Assembly: GCA_963737515.1 (NCBI GenBank)
Contig: CAVTSV010000002.1
Location: forward strand, 41,816 to 105,815
From: an uncultured Actinomycetes bacterium
GTDB taxonomy: Bacteria > Actinomycetota > Thermoleophilia > Gaiellales > Gaiellaceae
Direction: 5' to 3'
Length of the DNA stretch: 64,000 bases
The notes below the pieces were generated by a model that worked only from the letters and a program-made list of their open reading frames with translations, did no database searches and had not been told where the DNA came from. Below, one piece after another: positions 35,282 to 44,151 of the stretch (positions are counted from its first letter, which is position 1; each line of letters starts with the position of its first letter). The translations under genes and the position numbers were made by a program.

Positions 35282-36126
35282 TCCTCGACGATCCGCTCCA
35301 CCTCCGCGCCCTCCTCGTCCGTCAGGCCCCGCAGCGGCGTACACACCTCGGGCTCGAGCGGCACGCCACGCAACCTGAGCGCGGTCTTCGAGGCGGCGTG
35401 GAACGGGAGACGCTGCAGTGACGCACGCAGTACGCTCGCCCTCTCCTGCGCCTCAGACGTCCGGTCGCGGACGAGCGGGACGACCGCGTCCGGGAAGCTC
35501 GCGGCCAGACCGGACACGGCGCCTGCCGCGCCCGCGGCGAGGCCCCGCTCGAGCAGGGCCTCGGCGCCGATGAAGACGTCGAGCCCGTCGACGAGGTACG
35601 GCTCGAGGCGCTCCCACGGGCTGTCCGAGACCTTCATCCCCGCGAGGTTCGGAGCGCGCTCGCGGAGCCGCTCGATCACCGCGAGCGGGATCGCATAGCC
35701 GCTCCTGGCTTCGAACTCGTAGAGGTAGAACGGCGTCGGCGCGCACACTGCGGCCGCCGCCGTGAAGTGCGCGAGGAGCTCATTCCCGTCGAGCGGGTAG
35801 TACGGCGGCGCGATCACCGCGACGGCGTCGACGCCGAGCTCAGCCGCGTGCGCCGCGAGCGCGACCGTGTCCTGCGTCGTCTGCGCGCCGGCGTGCACCG
35901 CGACCTGGATCCGGCCGGCGGCGGCGGCGAAGAACGCCTCCGCGATCTCCATCCGCATGGCCGCCGGGAACATCACCCCCTCGCCGGTCGTGCCGAGCGC
36001 GAGAAGTCCGTCAACGCCGTGTCCGGCGAGGAAGTCGACGTACGGGCCGACCGCAGCCGTGTCGAGCCGTCCGTCCCGAAGCGGCGTCACGGCAGCAGCA
36101 AGGGCGCCCTTCACCATCTCGTCCAC
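35272..36126 (-). CDS. Dihydrodipicolinate synthase (DapA) family lyase
   Basis: AAAVTPLRDGRLD...GVDGLLALGTTGEG...GMKVSD (Schiff-base Lys context). Confidence 0.8.
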   Translation of the reverse strand: MDEMVKGALAAAVTPLRDGRLDTAAVGPYVDFLAGHGVDGLLALGTTGEGVMFPAAMRMEIAEAFFAAAAGRIQVAVHAGAQTTQDTVALAAHAAELGVDAVAVIAPPYYPLDGNELLAHFTAAAAVCAPTPFYLYEFEARSGYAIPLAVIERLRERAPNLAGMKVSDSPWERLEPYLVDGLDVFIGAEALLERGLAAGAAGAVSGLAASFPDAVVPLVRDRTSEAQERASVLRASLQRLPFHAASKTALRLRGVPLEPEVCTPLRGLTDEEGAEVERIVEEWG

Positions 36127-36141
36127 TCTAAGCTCCTCGTC

Positions 36142-36885
36142 GTGGCGCCGAACCTCACGACCGAGCGCGACGGCGACGTCCTCCGCATCACGCTCACGCG
36201 GCCCGACCGCCGGAACGCCTTCGACGCAGCGGTCATCTCCGAGCTCGCGCAGGCATTCGTCGACGTCGGACGCGTCCGCGCGGTTGTTCTCGCTGGAGAC
36301 GGGCCGAGCTTCTCGGCGGGCGCCGACGTCGAGTGGATGCGTTCTTCCGCCGACCTCTCATACGAAGAGAACGTCGCCGACGCAAACGCCCTGCGCGCCA
36401 TGCTCGACGCGATCGACGCGTGCCCGGCGCCGGTCGTCGCGCGGGTGCAGGGACATGCGCTCGGCGGCGGCGCCGGACTTGTCGCTGCGGCCGACATCGC
36501 GATCGCCGCGCCCGACACGGTTTTCTCCTTCTCGGAGGTGAAGCTCGGGATCATCCCCTCGGTCATCTCCCCGTTCGCGCTCGCGAAGATCGGCGCGTCG
36601 GCGGCGCGCCGTTACTTCGTCACCGGCGAGCGCTTCGATGCCGCGACCGCGCTGCGGATCGGCTTGGTCCACGAGGTGGCGGACGATCTCGACGCGGCGG
36701 TCGAGCGCGTTGTCGGCGAGCTGCTGAGCGCCGGCCCGCTGGCCGCCCGCTGGGCGAAGCGGCTCGTGCGCGAGCGGCCCGACGGCCCTGAGACCGCCCG
36801 CTGGATCGCCGAGCGGCGGACGAGCGACGAAGGCCAGGAGGGTCTCCGCGCCTTCCTCGAGAAGCGCCCGCCGAACTGGCGCTAG
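36142..36885 (+). CDS. Enoyl-CoA hydratase/isomerase (methylglutaconyl-CoA hydratase-like)
   Basis: In-frame GTG 36142: RITLTRPDRRNAFD...GDGPSFSAGADVEWM...GHALGGGAGLVAAADIAIA. Confidence 0.85.
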   Translation: MAPNLTTERDGDVLRITLTRPDRRNAFDAAVISELAQAFVDVGRVRAVVLAGDGPSFSAGADVEWMRSSADLSYEENVADANALRAMLDAIDACPAPVVARVQGHALGGGAGLVAAADIAIAAPDTVFSFSEVKLGIIPSVISPFALAKIGASAARRYFVTGERFDAATALRIGLVHEVADDLDAAVERVVGELLSAGPLAARWAKRLVRERPDGPETARWIAERRTSDEGQEGLRAFLEKRPPNWR

Positions 36886-36892
36886 AGCCCTC

Positions 36893-37459
36893 CTAGGGCT
36901 GGAACTGCTGCGCGAACGACGTCACGGAGTCGACGTCGACCGTGAGCCAGAGCCCGGAGTCGAGCGGCTCGATCAGCTTCGGGCTCTTCCCTCCGGCGAC
37001 GAGCGCGGAGAGCTGCGCGGCGGTGACGGTCGTGTTGTGCATCTGGCTCTTGCCGACCGTGATCACGGTTCCCTTCGTCGTCGCGGGAAGGACGAAGGTC
37101 AAGTTCTGGGTCCCCGCCGGGATCACCCAACGGTCGTCGTCGACACCGGGACACACGAGCGGCGCGCACTGCGTTCCCTGCGAGGCGGCGAAGGCGACGT
37201 TCGCCGTGACTCCGACAAGGAAGAACTGCGGCTTCAGCACGAGCAGGTAACGCTTCGCGTCGACCTGTGTGATGGAGACGGGCGTCCCGAAGTAGCGCGC
37301 GTTCGCGGTCTGGCTCAGCGGACCGGAGCTCGGCTGCGGCTGTGTGACCGTGACCGTCTCTGTCACCGTTCTCGCTCCGCTCACGGAGGAGCTGGAATGC
37401 GCGTGGACGGCGCAACCCGCGAGCGCGAGCGTCGCCACAAGAATCGCTGCGATACGCAT
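36893..37459 (-). CDS. Lipoprotein, function unknown
   Basis: In-frame ATG 37459: MRIAAILVATLALAGC (lipobox). Confidence 0.6.
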   Translation of the reverse strand: MRIAAILVATLALAGCAVHAHSSSSVSGARTVTETVTVTQPQPSSGPLSQTANARYFGTPVSITQVDAKRYLLVLKPQFFLVGVTANVAFAASQGTQCAPLVCPGVDDDRWVIPAGTQNLTFVLPATTKGTVITVGKSQMHNTTVTAAQLSALVAGGKSPKLIEPLDSGLWLTVDVDSVTSFAQQFQP

Positions 37460-37469
37460 CGACGCGACC

Positions 37470-37892
37470 TTACCGGCAGTCCGCGCAGAGCCCACTGATC
37501 TCGACGCGATGAGCGGTGGCGACGAAGCCGTGACGCTTCGCGGCTCTGTTCACCCACCCGTCGAGATCGCAGTTCTCGATCTCGACGACGCGATGGCAGC
37601 GCTCGCAGACGAGGTGATGGTGGTGCGCCTCACTGCAGAGGCGGAAGCACTGCTCGCCGCTGTGGTGGGAGAGAACGTCGACGACTCCCGCCGCCTCGAG
37701 GAGGGCGAGCGTCCGGTAGACGGTCGCGAGCCCGGTGCGAGAGTCGCGCTCGCGGAGCCGGCTCCAGAGCGCCTGCGCGGTCACGTCGTCACGCTCGCCC
37801 GCGAGCTCCTCGAGCACCTCGAGCCGCCGCGGCGTCGCACGGACGCCGTGCCGGTCGAGGAGAGCGGAGAGGTCTTGCCCCGCACTTGACAT
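37470..37892 (-). CDS. Fur-family metal-responsive regulator (Zur-like)
   Basis: In-frame ATG 37892: RATPRRLEVLEELAG...ATVYRTLALLEAAGVV...HHHHLVCERCHRVVEI...GLCADC. Confidence 0.85.
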   Translation of the reverse strand: MSSAGQDLSALLDRHGVRATPRRLEVLEELAGERDDVTAQALWSRLRERDSRTGLATVYRTLALLEAAGVVDVLSHHSGEQCFRLCSEAHHHHLVCERCHRVVEIENCDLDGWVNRAAKRHGFVATAHRVEISGLCADCR

Positions 37893-37911
37893 GTCGCGTA
37901 TCGTAGCGCCT

Positions 37912-38815
37912 ATGAGATTGAGAACCGTTCTCGTTATCACTGCACTCTGCGTAGCCCTCGCAGGCTGCGGCGGCGGTGGCCAGGCGTCCTCCCACGGGAA
38001 ACTGCAGGTCGTCGCCGCGGAGAACTTCTGGGGCAGCATCGCCTCCCAGCTCGGCGGCTCGAAAGTGTCGGTGCAGAGCATCATCGTCAACCCGAACACC
38101 GACCCCCACTCCTACGAGCCGACCGCGAGCGACGCCCGCACGATGGCCGGCGCGCAGCTCGCGATCGTGAACGGGATCGGCTACGACACGTGGGCGTCGC
38201 ACCTGCTCGCCGCGAACCCCGTATCGGGCCGGACGACTCTCGACGTCGGGAACCTGCTCGGTCTCGTGGATGGCGACAACCCGCACCAGTGGTACTCGCC
38301 GACGAGCGTGCAAAAGGTGATCGGCGCAATCGTCGCCGACTACGACAAGCTCGAGCCGGCTGACAAGGCGTATTTCGCGTCGCAGGAGCACCGCTTCGAA
38401 ACGGTCTCGCTCGCCACCTACAACCGGTTGCGCGCCGAGATCCGCAGGCGCTTCGCCGGCGTCCCCGTCGGCTACAGCGAGAGCATCTTCCAGCCGCTCG
38501 GCCAGTCCCTCGGCCTCAAGCTCCTCACTCCCTACAGCTTCGCCAAGGCGATCGCGGAGGGCACGGAGATCAGCGCCCAGGACAAGGAGACGGTCGACGC
38601 GCAGGCGCAGAAGCGGCTGATCAAGGTCTGGGTCTACAACAGCCAGAACGCGACGCCCGGACATCCAGAGCATCAACACGATCTGCCGCTCCAAGCACAT
38701 CCCGATCGCGACCGTCACCGAGACACTTTCACCCGCGAGCGACAGCTTCGAGCAGTGGCAGGTGGCCGAGCTGCAGGGACTGATCACGGCGCTGCACGCG
38801 GCGACCGGAAAGTAG
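37912..38815 (+). pseudogene. Metal ABC transporter substrate-binding lipoprotein (ZnuA/TroA-like) with one frameshift near 38659
   Basis: MRLRTVLVITALCVALAGCGG...NPNTDPHSYEP...VWVYNSQNATP, then the homologous reading DIQSINTICRSKHIPIATVTETLSPASDSFEQWQVAELQGLITALHAATGK* is found in the +1 frame. Confidence 0.75.
37920..37932. promoter_or_regulatory. 13-nt palindrome GAGAAC-C-GTTCTC, possible Fur/Zur-type box
   Basis: Lies within codons 3-7 of the binding-protein gene, 28 nt from the regulator's start codon. Confidence 0.3.
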
Positions 38816-38820
38816 AAGAC

Positions 38821-39628
38821 ATGCCCGCCATCGAGCTGGCGGACGTGACGGTCGCACGCGGCGGCCGCGTCGTCTGGAGCGGGGCGAACGTCGACGTCGA
38901 ACCGGGCGAGTTCGTCGCAGTGCTCGGGCCGAACGCAGCCGGCAAGTCCACGCTGATCGAGTTGCTGCTCGGCCTCCTCCAACCCAGCGCCGGCACCGTC
39001 TCCGTGCTCGGCGGAGCCTCCGGGCACCAATGGCAGCGAGATCGGCTACGTGCCACAGCGGCACGCGTTCGACGCGACGACGCGGATCCGCGGCATCGAC
39101 ATCGTCCGTCTCGGCCTCGACGGAACGCGCTTCGGCCTGCCGCTGCCCTGGCGCGGCGGCGGTCGCGCGCAGGTGCAGGAGGCGACTAGAGCTCGTCGGA
39201 TGCGACCGGGTACGCCGGCCGCGCGATCGGCGAATGCTCCGGCGGCGAGCAGCAGCGGCTCCTGATCGCGCGGGCTCTGATCAGCTCGCCACAACTCCTG
39301 CTGCTCGACGAGCCGCTCGACAGCCTCGACCTGCCAAACCAGAGCGCGGTCTCTGCTCTCGTCGACCGGATCCGGCGCGAGCGTGACGTGACGGTGCTGC
39401 TCGTGGCCCACGACGTCAACCCGCTGCTGCCGTACCTCGACCGCGTCATCTACGTCGCCGGCGGCCGCGTCCTCGCCGGCCCTCCGGAGCAGGTGATCAC
39501 GAACGAGACGTTGAGCTGCTCTCTACCGGACGCCGATCGAGGTGCTGCGCACGTCCGACGGCCGGCTCGTCGTCGTCGGGCTCCCGGAGGCTCCCGCGCA
39601 CCACACCGACCGGCACGCGCATCCGTGA
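38821..39628 (+). pseudogene. Metal ABC transporter ATPase (ZnuC-like) with four frameshifts
   Basis: Walker A GPNAAGKST (frame 1), IGYVPQRHAFD (frame 2), LELVG (frame 0), CSGGEQQRLLIARAL / LLLLDEP / LLVAHD (frame 1), LYRTPIEVLRTSDGRLVVVGL...HAHP* (frame 2). A frame-1 TAG sits at 39187..39189. Confidence 0.75.
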
Positions 39629-40440
39629 GCCTCTTCGCCTACCCGTTCATGGTCCACGCGCTCGAGGCGGGGACGATCGTCGCCGTGATGGCGGCGGTCA
39701 CCGGCTGGTTCGTGGTGCTCCGCCGGCAGACGTTTGCCGGGCATGCGCTCTCGGTGATGTCGTTCCCCGGAGCGAGCGGCGCGGCGCTCGCCGGGCTCCC
39801 TCTGCCGCTCGGCTACTTCGCCGCCTGCACGGTCGCCGCCGTCGCCATCGCCGCCGGCTCGCGCACAGAGCAGCGACGCAACTTCGCGCAGGAGTCGGCG
39901 GTGATCGGTTCGGTGCAGGTCGTCGGCTTCGCGCTCGGCTTTCTCTTCCTCAGCCTCTACGGGGGCGTCCTCGAAGACCTCGAGTCGCTGCTGTTCGGCT
40001 CCTTCCTCGGCATCACGGCGACGCAGGTGACCGTCCTGCTCGCGATCGCCGTCGCGACGCTCGCCTTTTTCGCGGTCGCAGGCCGCCCGCTGCTCTTCAG
40101 CTCGATCGACGACCTCGTCGCCCGCGCCGGAGGCGTGCCGGTGCGCGCGCTCGAGGTCGCCTTCCTGCTCGTGCTCGGGCTCGCCGTCGCGGCGACGGCG
40201 CAGATCACCGGCGTCCTGCTCGTGTTCGCGCTGCTCGTCGCGCCGGCCGCCGCCGCGCAACAGCTCACGGCGAGGATCGGCCTCGGCATCGCGCTGAGCG
40301 TCGGGATCGGGCTCCTCGTAACGTGGATCGGTCTCGCGCTTTCGTACTACACGAACTACTCCGTCGGCTTCTACGTCACCTCGCTCGCCTTCGCCGTCTA
40401 TCTCGTCGCGCGCCTGTCGCGCGTCCTCATGCCCGCCTAG
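39625..40440 (+). CDS. Metal ABC transporter permease (ABC-3 family), copy 1
   Basis: GTG overlaps the upstream TGA: VSLFAYPFMVHALEAGTIVAV.... Polytopic and intact. Confidence 0.85.
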   Translation: MSLFAYPFMVHALEAGTIVAVMAAVTGWFVVLRRQTFAGHALSVMSFPGASGAALAGLPLPLGYFAACTVAAVAIAAGSRTEQRRNFAQESAVIGSVQVVGFALGFLFLSLYGGVLEDLESLLFGSFLGITATQVTVLLAIAVATLAFFAVAGRPLLFSSIDDLVARAGGVPVRALEVAFLLVLGLAVAATAQITGVLLVFALLVAPAAAAQQLTARIGLGIALSVGIGLLVTWIGLALSYYTNYSVGFYVTSLAFAVYLVARLSRVLMPA

Positions 40441-41291
40441 TGCTCTCGCAGGACTTCATCCGGCTTGCACTCCTGGCGGGAACGCCGATCGCGCTCGCGA
40501 GCGGAGCGATCGGCTATTTCGTCGTCCTCCGTAGCCAGGTCTTCGCCGGCGACACGCTCAGCCACGTCTCCTTCACCGGCGCCCTCGCAGCGGCGGCGGC
40601 GGGCGTCGATCTTCGCTTCGGCCTGTTCGTCGCGACAGTCGTCGTCGCACTCCTCCTCGCCCTCTTCGGTGACCGGGCGGCGAGCGACGATGTCGCGATC
40701 GGGACCACGCTTGCCTGGGTGCTCGGCCTCGGCGCGTTCTTCCTCGATCTCTTCAACCGTTCGAGTCGCGGCGGGAACGGCATCGTCGCCGCCCGCACCC
40801 TGTTCGGCTCGATCTTCGGACTGAGCGGTGACCAGGCGCGGCTGGCCGCCGTGATCGGCGTCGCGATCTTCGCGATCATGCTGGCGATCGCCCGGCCGCT
40901 GCTCAGCGCCACGATCGACTCCAAGGCGGCCGCCGCCCAAGGGCTGCCGGTGGCCGCGCTCGGAGCTGGATTCCTCGTGCTCGTCGGTGTCGACGCAGCC
41001 GAGGCGACGCAGGTCGTCGGCGCGTTGCTCATGCTCGGGCTGATCGCCATGCCAGCCGGTGCCGCCGCGCGACTCACGGCGAGTCCCTACCTCGGGCTCA
41101 CGCTCTCCAGCATGCTCGGCGTGGCTTCGCTCTGGCTCGGGGTCGTCCTCGCCTACGTGATCCCGTCGCTCCCACCCAGCAGCGCCATCATCGGAGTCGC
41201 AGGCGGCATCTACGTCCTCTCCTTCGCCGTTACCGCCTGGGCCAAGATGTCCGGCCGGACCGACGAATGGGCGACACAAGCACAGACATAG
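40440..41291 (+). CDS. Metal ABC transporter permease (ABC-3 family), copy 2
   Basis: GTG 40440 overlaps the upstream TAG: VLSQDFIRLALLAGTPIALASGAIGYFVVLR.... Polytopic and intact. Confidence 0.85.
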   Translation: MLSQDFIRLALLAGTPIALASGAIGYFVVLRSQVFAGDTLSHVSFTGALAAAAAGVDLRFGLFVATVVVALLLALFGDRAASDDVAIGTTLAWVLGLGAFFLDLFNRSSRGGNGIVAARTLFGSIFGLSGDQARLAAVIGVAIFAIMLAIARPLLSATIDSKAAAAQGLPVAALGAGFLVLVGVDAAEATQVVGALLMLGLIAMPAGAAARLTASPYLGLTLSSMLGVASLWLGVVLAYVIPSLPPSSAIIGVAGGIYVLSFAVTAWAKMSGRTDEWATQAQT

Positions 41292-41302
41292 ACTCCGCCT
41301 CC

Positions 41303-42922
41303 ATGCGCCGAGTGCTCGTTGCGAACCGGGGAGAGATCGCGCTGCGCGTCGTCCGGGCTTGCCGCGCGGAGGGGCTGGAAACGGTCGCCGTCGCCGCGCC
41401 CGACGACCGCGGCGCGCTTCACGCGGAGTCGGCGGACACCGTCGTCGAGATCTCGTCGTACCTCGACGCCGCCGAGCACGTGCGTGCCGCGCGCGAGTCC
41501 GGCGCCGACGCCGTCCATCCCGGCTACGGCTTCCTCTCCGAGAGCGCCGAGTTCGCCGACGCGGCGCTCGACGCGGGGCTGACGTGGATCGGCCCGCCGC
41601 CCGCGGCGCTTCGCGCCGGCGGCGACAAGCTCGCGGCCAAGGAGACGGCCCGGTCGGCCGGCGTCCCCGTCCTCCCGAGCGGTACGCCCGAGGAGATCGG
41701 CTTCCCGCTCCTCGTGAAGGCGGCGGCGGGAGGAGGCGGACGCGGGATGCGCGTCGTGCGCACCGAGGCCGAACTCGGCGATGCGCTCGAAGCCGCCCGC
41801 CGCGAGGCAGGCGCCGCGTTCGGCGACGACACCGTCTTCTGCGAGCGCTACCTCGAGCGGCCGCGCCACGTCGAGATCCAACTCCTCGCCGACGGCCACG
41901 GCACCGTCATCGCGCTCGGCGAACGCGACTGCTCCATCCAGCGCCGGCATCAGAAGGTGCTCGAGGAGTCACCCTCCCCCGCGCTCGACGCCGCGCTGCG
42001 CGAACGGATGAGTGACGCGGCCGTCGCGTTCGCGCGCGCGATCGGGTACGAGAGCGCCGGCACCGCGGAGTTCGTCCTCGCCGGACGCGACTTCTTCTTC
42101 CTCGAGCTGAACGCGAGGATCCAGGTCGAGCATCCGGTGACCGAGCTCGTGACGGGCGTCGACATCGTTCGCGAGCAGCTGCGGATCGCGGCCGGAGAAT
42201 CGCTGTCCGAGGTCGCGACGACGGCGCGCCTCCACGGGCACTCGGTCGAGGTGCGGCTTTACGCGGAGGATCCGCGCACCTTCCTCCCGCAGGCGGGACG
42301 GCTGGAACGGCTGCAGCTCCCGGAAGGGATCCGCGTCGATTCCGGAGTGCGCGAGGGCGACGAAATCGGCACCGCGTACGATCCGATGATCGCGAAGCTC
42401 ATCGCCGCCGGCGACACGCGGGAAGAAGCGTTCGAGCGACTCGCCGCCGCGCTGCGCGAGACCGAGGTTCGCGGCGTGACGACGAACCTCCCGTTCCTGC
42501 GCTGGCTCGTCGGCCATCCGCTCGTCCACGCCGGACGTGTCACGACCGCGTTCCTCAGCGAGAACCTGCCGCTCTCGGAGCGGCCGGCGAGCGCTCCCGC
42601 AGCCGTGTGGAGCGAGCCGTGGCGCCTCAACCTCCCCGCTCCGCCGTCCCGACCGGCCCCGGATGTCGATACGACCGCCGGCAGTCACGGCACCGGAGGC
42701 AAGGAGCAGTCGTCGGTCACTGCGCCGATGCCGGGCACCGTGATCCGCGTCCTCGTAGAGCCGGGCGCCGAGGTCGCGGCACGGCAGCCGCTCGTCGTGC
42801 TCGAGGCGATGAAGATGGAGACGCCGCTCGTCTCGCCCTACGCGGCGACGGTGCTCGCCGTCCACGTAAGCGAGGGAGACCGCGTCGCCGGCGGCGACGT
42901 GCTTGTCGAGTTGGACGAATGA
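41303..42922 (+). CDS. Biotin carboxylase fused to biotin-carboxyl-carrier domain (acyl-CoA carboxylase alpha subunit, methylcrotonyl-CoA carboxylase type)
   Basis: MRRVLVANRGEIALRVVRA...GGGGRGMRVV...ELNARIQVEHPVTE...; C-terminal EAMKMETPL biotinylation motif. Confidence 0.9.
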   Translation: MRRVLVANRGEIALRVVRACRAEGLETVAVAAPDDRGALHAESADTVVEISSYLDAAEHVRAARESGADAVHPGYGFLSESAEFADAALDAGLTWIGPPPAALRAGGDKLAAKETARSAGVPVLPSGTPEEIGFPLLVKAAAGGGGRGMRVVRTEAELGDALEAARREAGAAFGDDTVFCERYLERPRHVEIQLLADGHGTVIALGERDCSIQRRHQKVLEESPSPALDAALRERMSDAAVAFARAIGYESAGTAEFVLAGRDFFFLELNARIQVEHPVTELVTGVDIVREQLRIAAGESLSEVATTARLHGHSVEVRLYAEDPRTFLPQAGRLERLQLPEGIRVDSGVREGDEIGTAYDPMIAKLIAAGDTREEAFERLAAALRETEVRGVTTNLPFLRWLVGHPLVHAGRVTTAFLSENLPLSERPASAPAAVWSEPWRLNLPAPPSRPAPDVDTTAGSHGTGGKEQSSVTAPMPGTVIRVLVEPGAEVAARQPLVVLEAMKMETPLVSPYAATVLAVHVSEGDRVAGGDVLVELDE

Positions 42923-43758
42923 ACGTCGAGCGTCTCGACGACGCGGCGGCCTTCCTCGCCGAGGCGGAGCCGCTGCTGCTCGCCGACGAGGCGCGCCACA
43001 ACCTCCTCCTCGGGATCGCGGGCTCGATCCGTAACGGTCTGTACGAGGAGTACGGGCTCTGGCTCGTCCGCGACGGGGGCCGTGCCGTCGCGGCGGCTCT
43101 GCGCACGCCGCCGTACAACCTCGTTCTAGCCCGCCCGGAGTCGCCGGAGGCGCTCGCCGCCCTGGCCGGCGCCGTCGCAGGCGAGAACCTGCCCGGAGTG
43201 GTCGGAGCGATTCCCGAGTCGGAGGTGTTCGCAGAGCTCTGGGCCGCGAGCACCGGAGACACGCCGCGGCTCGGCATGCGCCAGGGCGTCTACGCGCTCG
43301 AGACCGTCCAGCCGCTCCCGCCTGCTCAGGGCGAGGCTCGCGTCGCGACCGTGGACGACCGTGCCCTCGTCCTCCGCTGGTGGCTCGCCTTCGCCGACGA
43401 GGTGCTCCACGAGGGAGGGCCGGGCCGCGAAAGCGCGGGCGCGATGGTCGACAACCGCCTCTCCTCCACCAGCGCGGGAGTCCTGCTCTGGGAGGACGGC
43501 GGCGAGCCGGTCTCGCTTGCCGGCTGGGGCGGGCGGACACCGAACGGCATCCGCGTAGGCCCTGTCTACACACCGCCCGAGCTGCGCGGCCACGGCTACG
43601 CGACTGCGGTCACGGCGGATCTCTCGCGGCGGCTGCTCGAGAGCGGCCGCCGCTTCTGCTTCCTCTACACCGACCTCGCGAACCCGACCTCGAACGCGAT
43701 CTACGAACGGATCGGCTACCGCCGCGTCTGCGAGTCGGCGGAGATCTTGTTCAGCTAG
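42919..43758 (+). CDS. GNAT-family N-acetyltransferase (279 aa)
   Basis: ATG overlaps the upstream TGA. C-terminal VYTPPELRGHGYATAVTADLSRRLLESGRRFCFLYTDLANPTSNAIYERIGY. Confidence 0.75.
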   Translation: MNVERLDDAAAFLAEAEPLLLADEARHNLLLGIAGSIRNGLYEEYGLWLVRDGGRAVAAALRTPPYNLVLARPESPEALAALAGAVAGENLPGVVGAIPESEVFAELWAASTGDTPRLGMRQGVYALETVQPLPPAQGEARVATVDDRALVLRWWLAFADEVLHEGGPGRESAGAMVDNRLSSTSAGVLLWEDGGEPVSLAGWGGRTPNGIRVGPVYTPPELRGHGYATAVTADLSRRLLESGRRFCFLYTDLANPTSNAIYERIGYRRVCESAEILFS

Positions 43759-43773
43759 CAGAGCTGACGTTTC

Positions 43774-44091
43774 CTAGCTGGGAAAGAGCTTCTGGAGCTT
43801 CATGGCGGCGCCCATGTCGCCCTTGAGCTTCAGCTTGCCGGTCATGTAGGCGCTCGTCGGGTTCTGCTCCCCGGCGACGATCTTCTCGAAGACCTCCTGC
43901 GAGGTGCTGATCGTGCAGTCGGCGCCCTCGGCCATGCCGTCCTCGACGGCGACGTTGCCCTCGGTGACCTTGACGGTCCACTGCCCCGCGCCCTCGATGT
44001 CGAAGGCGTAGGAGTTGTTCATCCCCGCCGTCTGGCTCGTGTCGGCCTGGGCTGCCAGGCCGTCGAAGAACTCTTGCGTTGTCTGTGCCAC
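43774..44091 (-). CDS. SCP2 sterol-carrier-like domain protein
   Basis: SQEVFEKIVAGEQNPTSAYMTGKLKLKGDMGAAMKLQKLF. Confidence 0.8.
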   Translation of the reverse strand: MAQTTQEFFDGLAAQADTSQTAGMNNSYAFDIEGAGQWTVKVTEGNVAVEDGMAEGADCTISTSQEVFEKIVAGEQNPTSAYMTGKLKLKGDMGAAMKLQKLFPS

Positions 44092-44151
44092 TGTCGCTCC
44101 TTCTCGGGTTGCGGGGCGAGTCTATGCCTCGCCCGGCTAGCATCGCCGACG

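Noticed and set aside
38821-39628. Programmed ribosomal frameshifting in the ATPase gene
   Set aside because: Four shifts in one 0.8 kb gene, with no slippery heptamers or stimulatory structures seen at the sites. Pseudogenisation or consensus error is far more likely.
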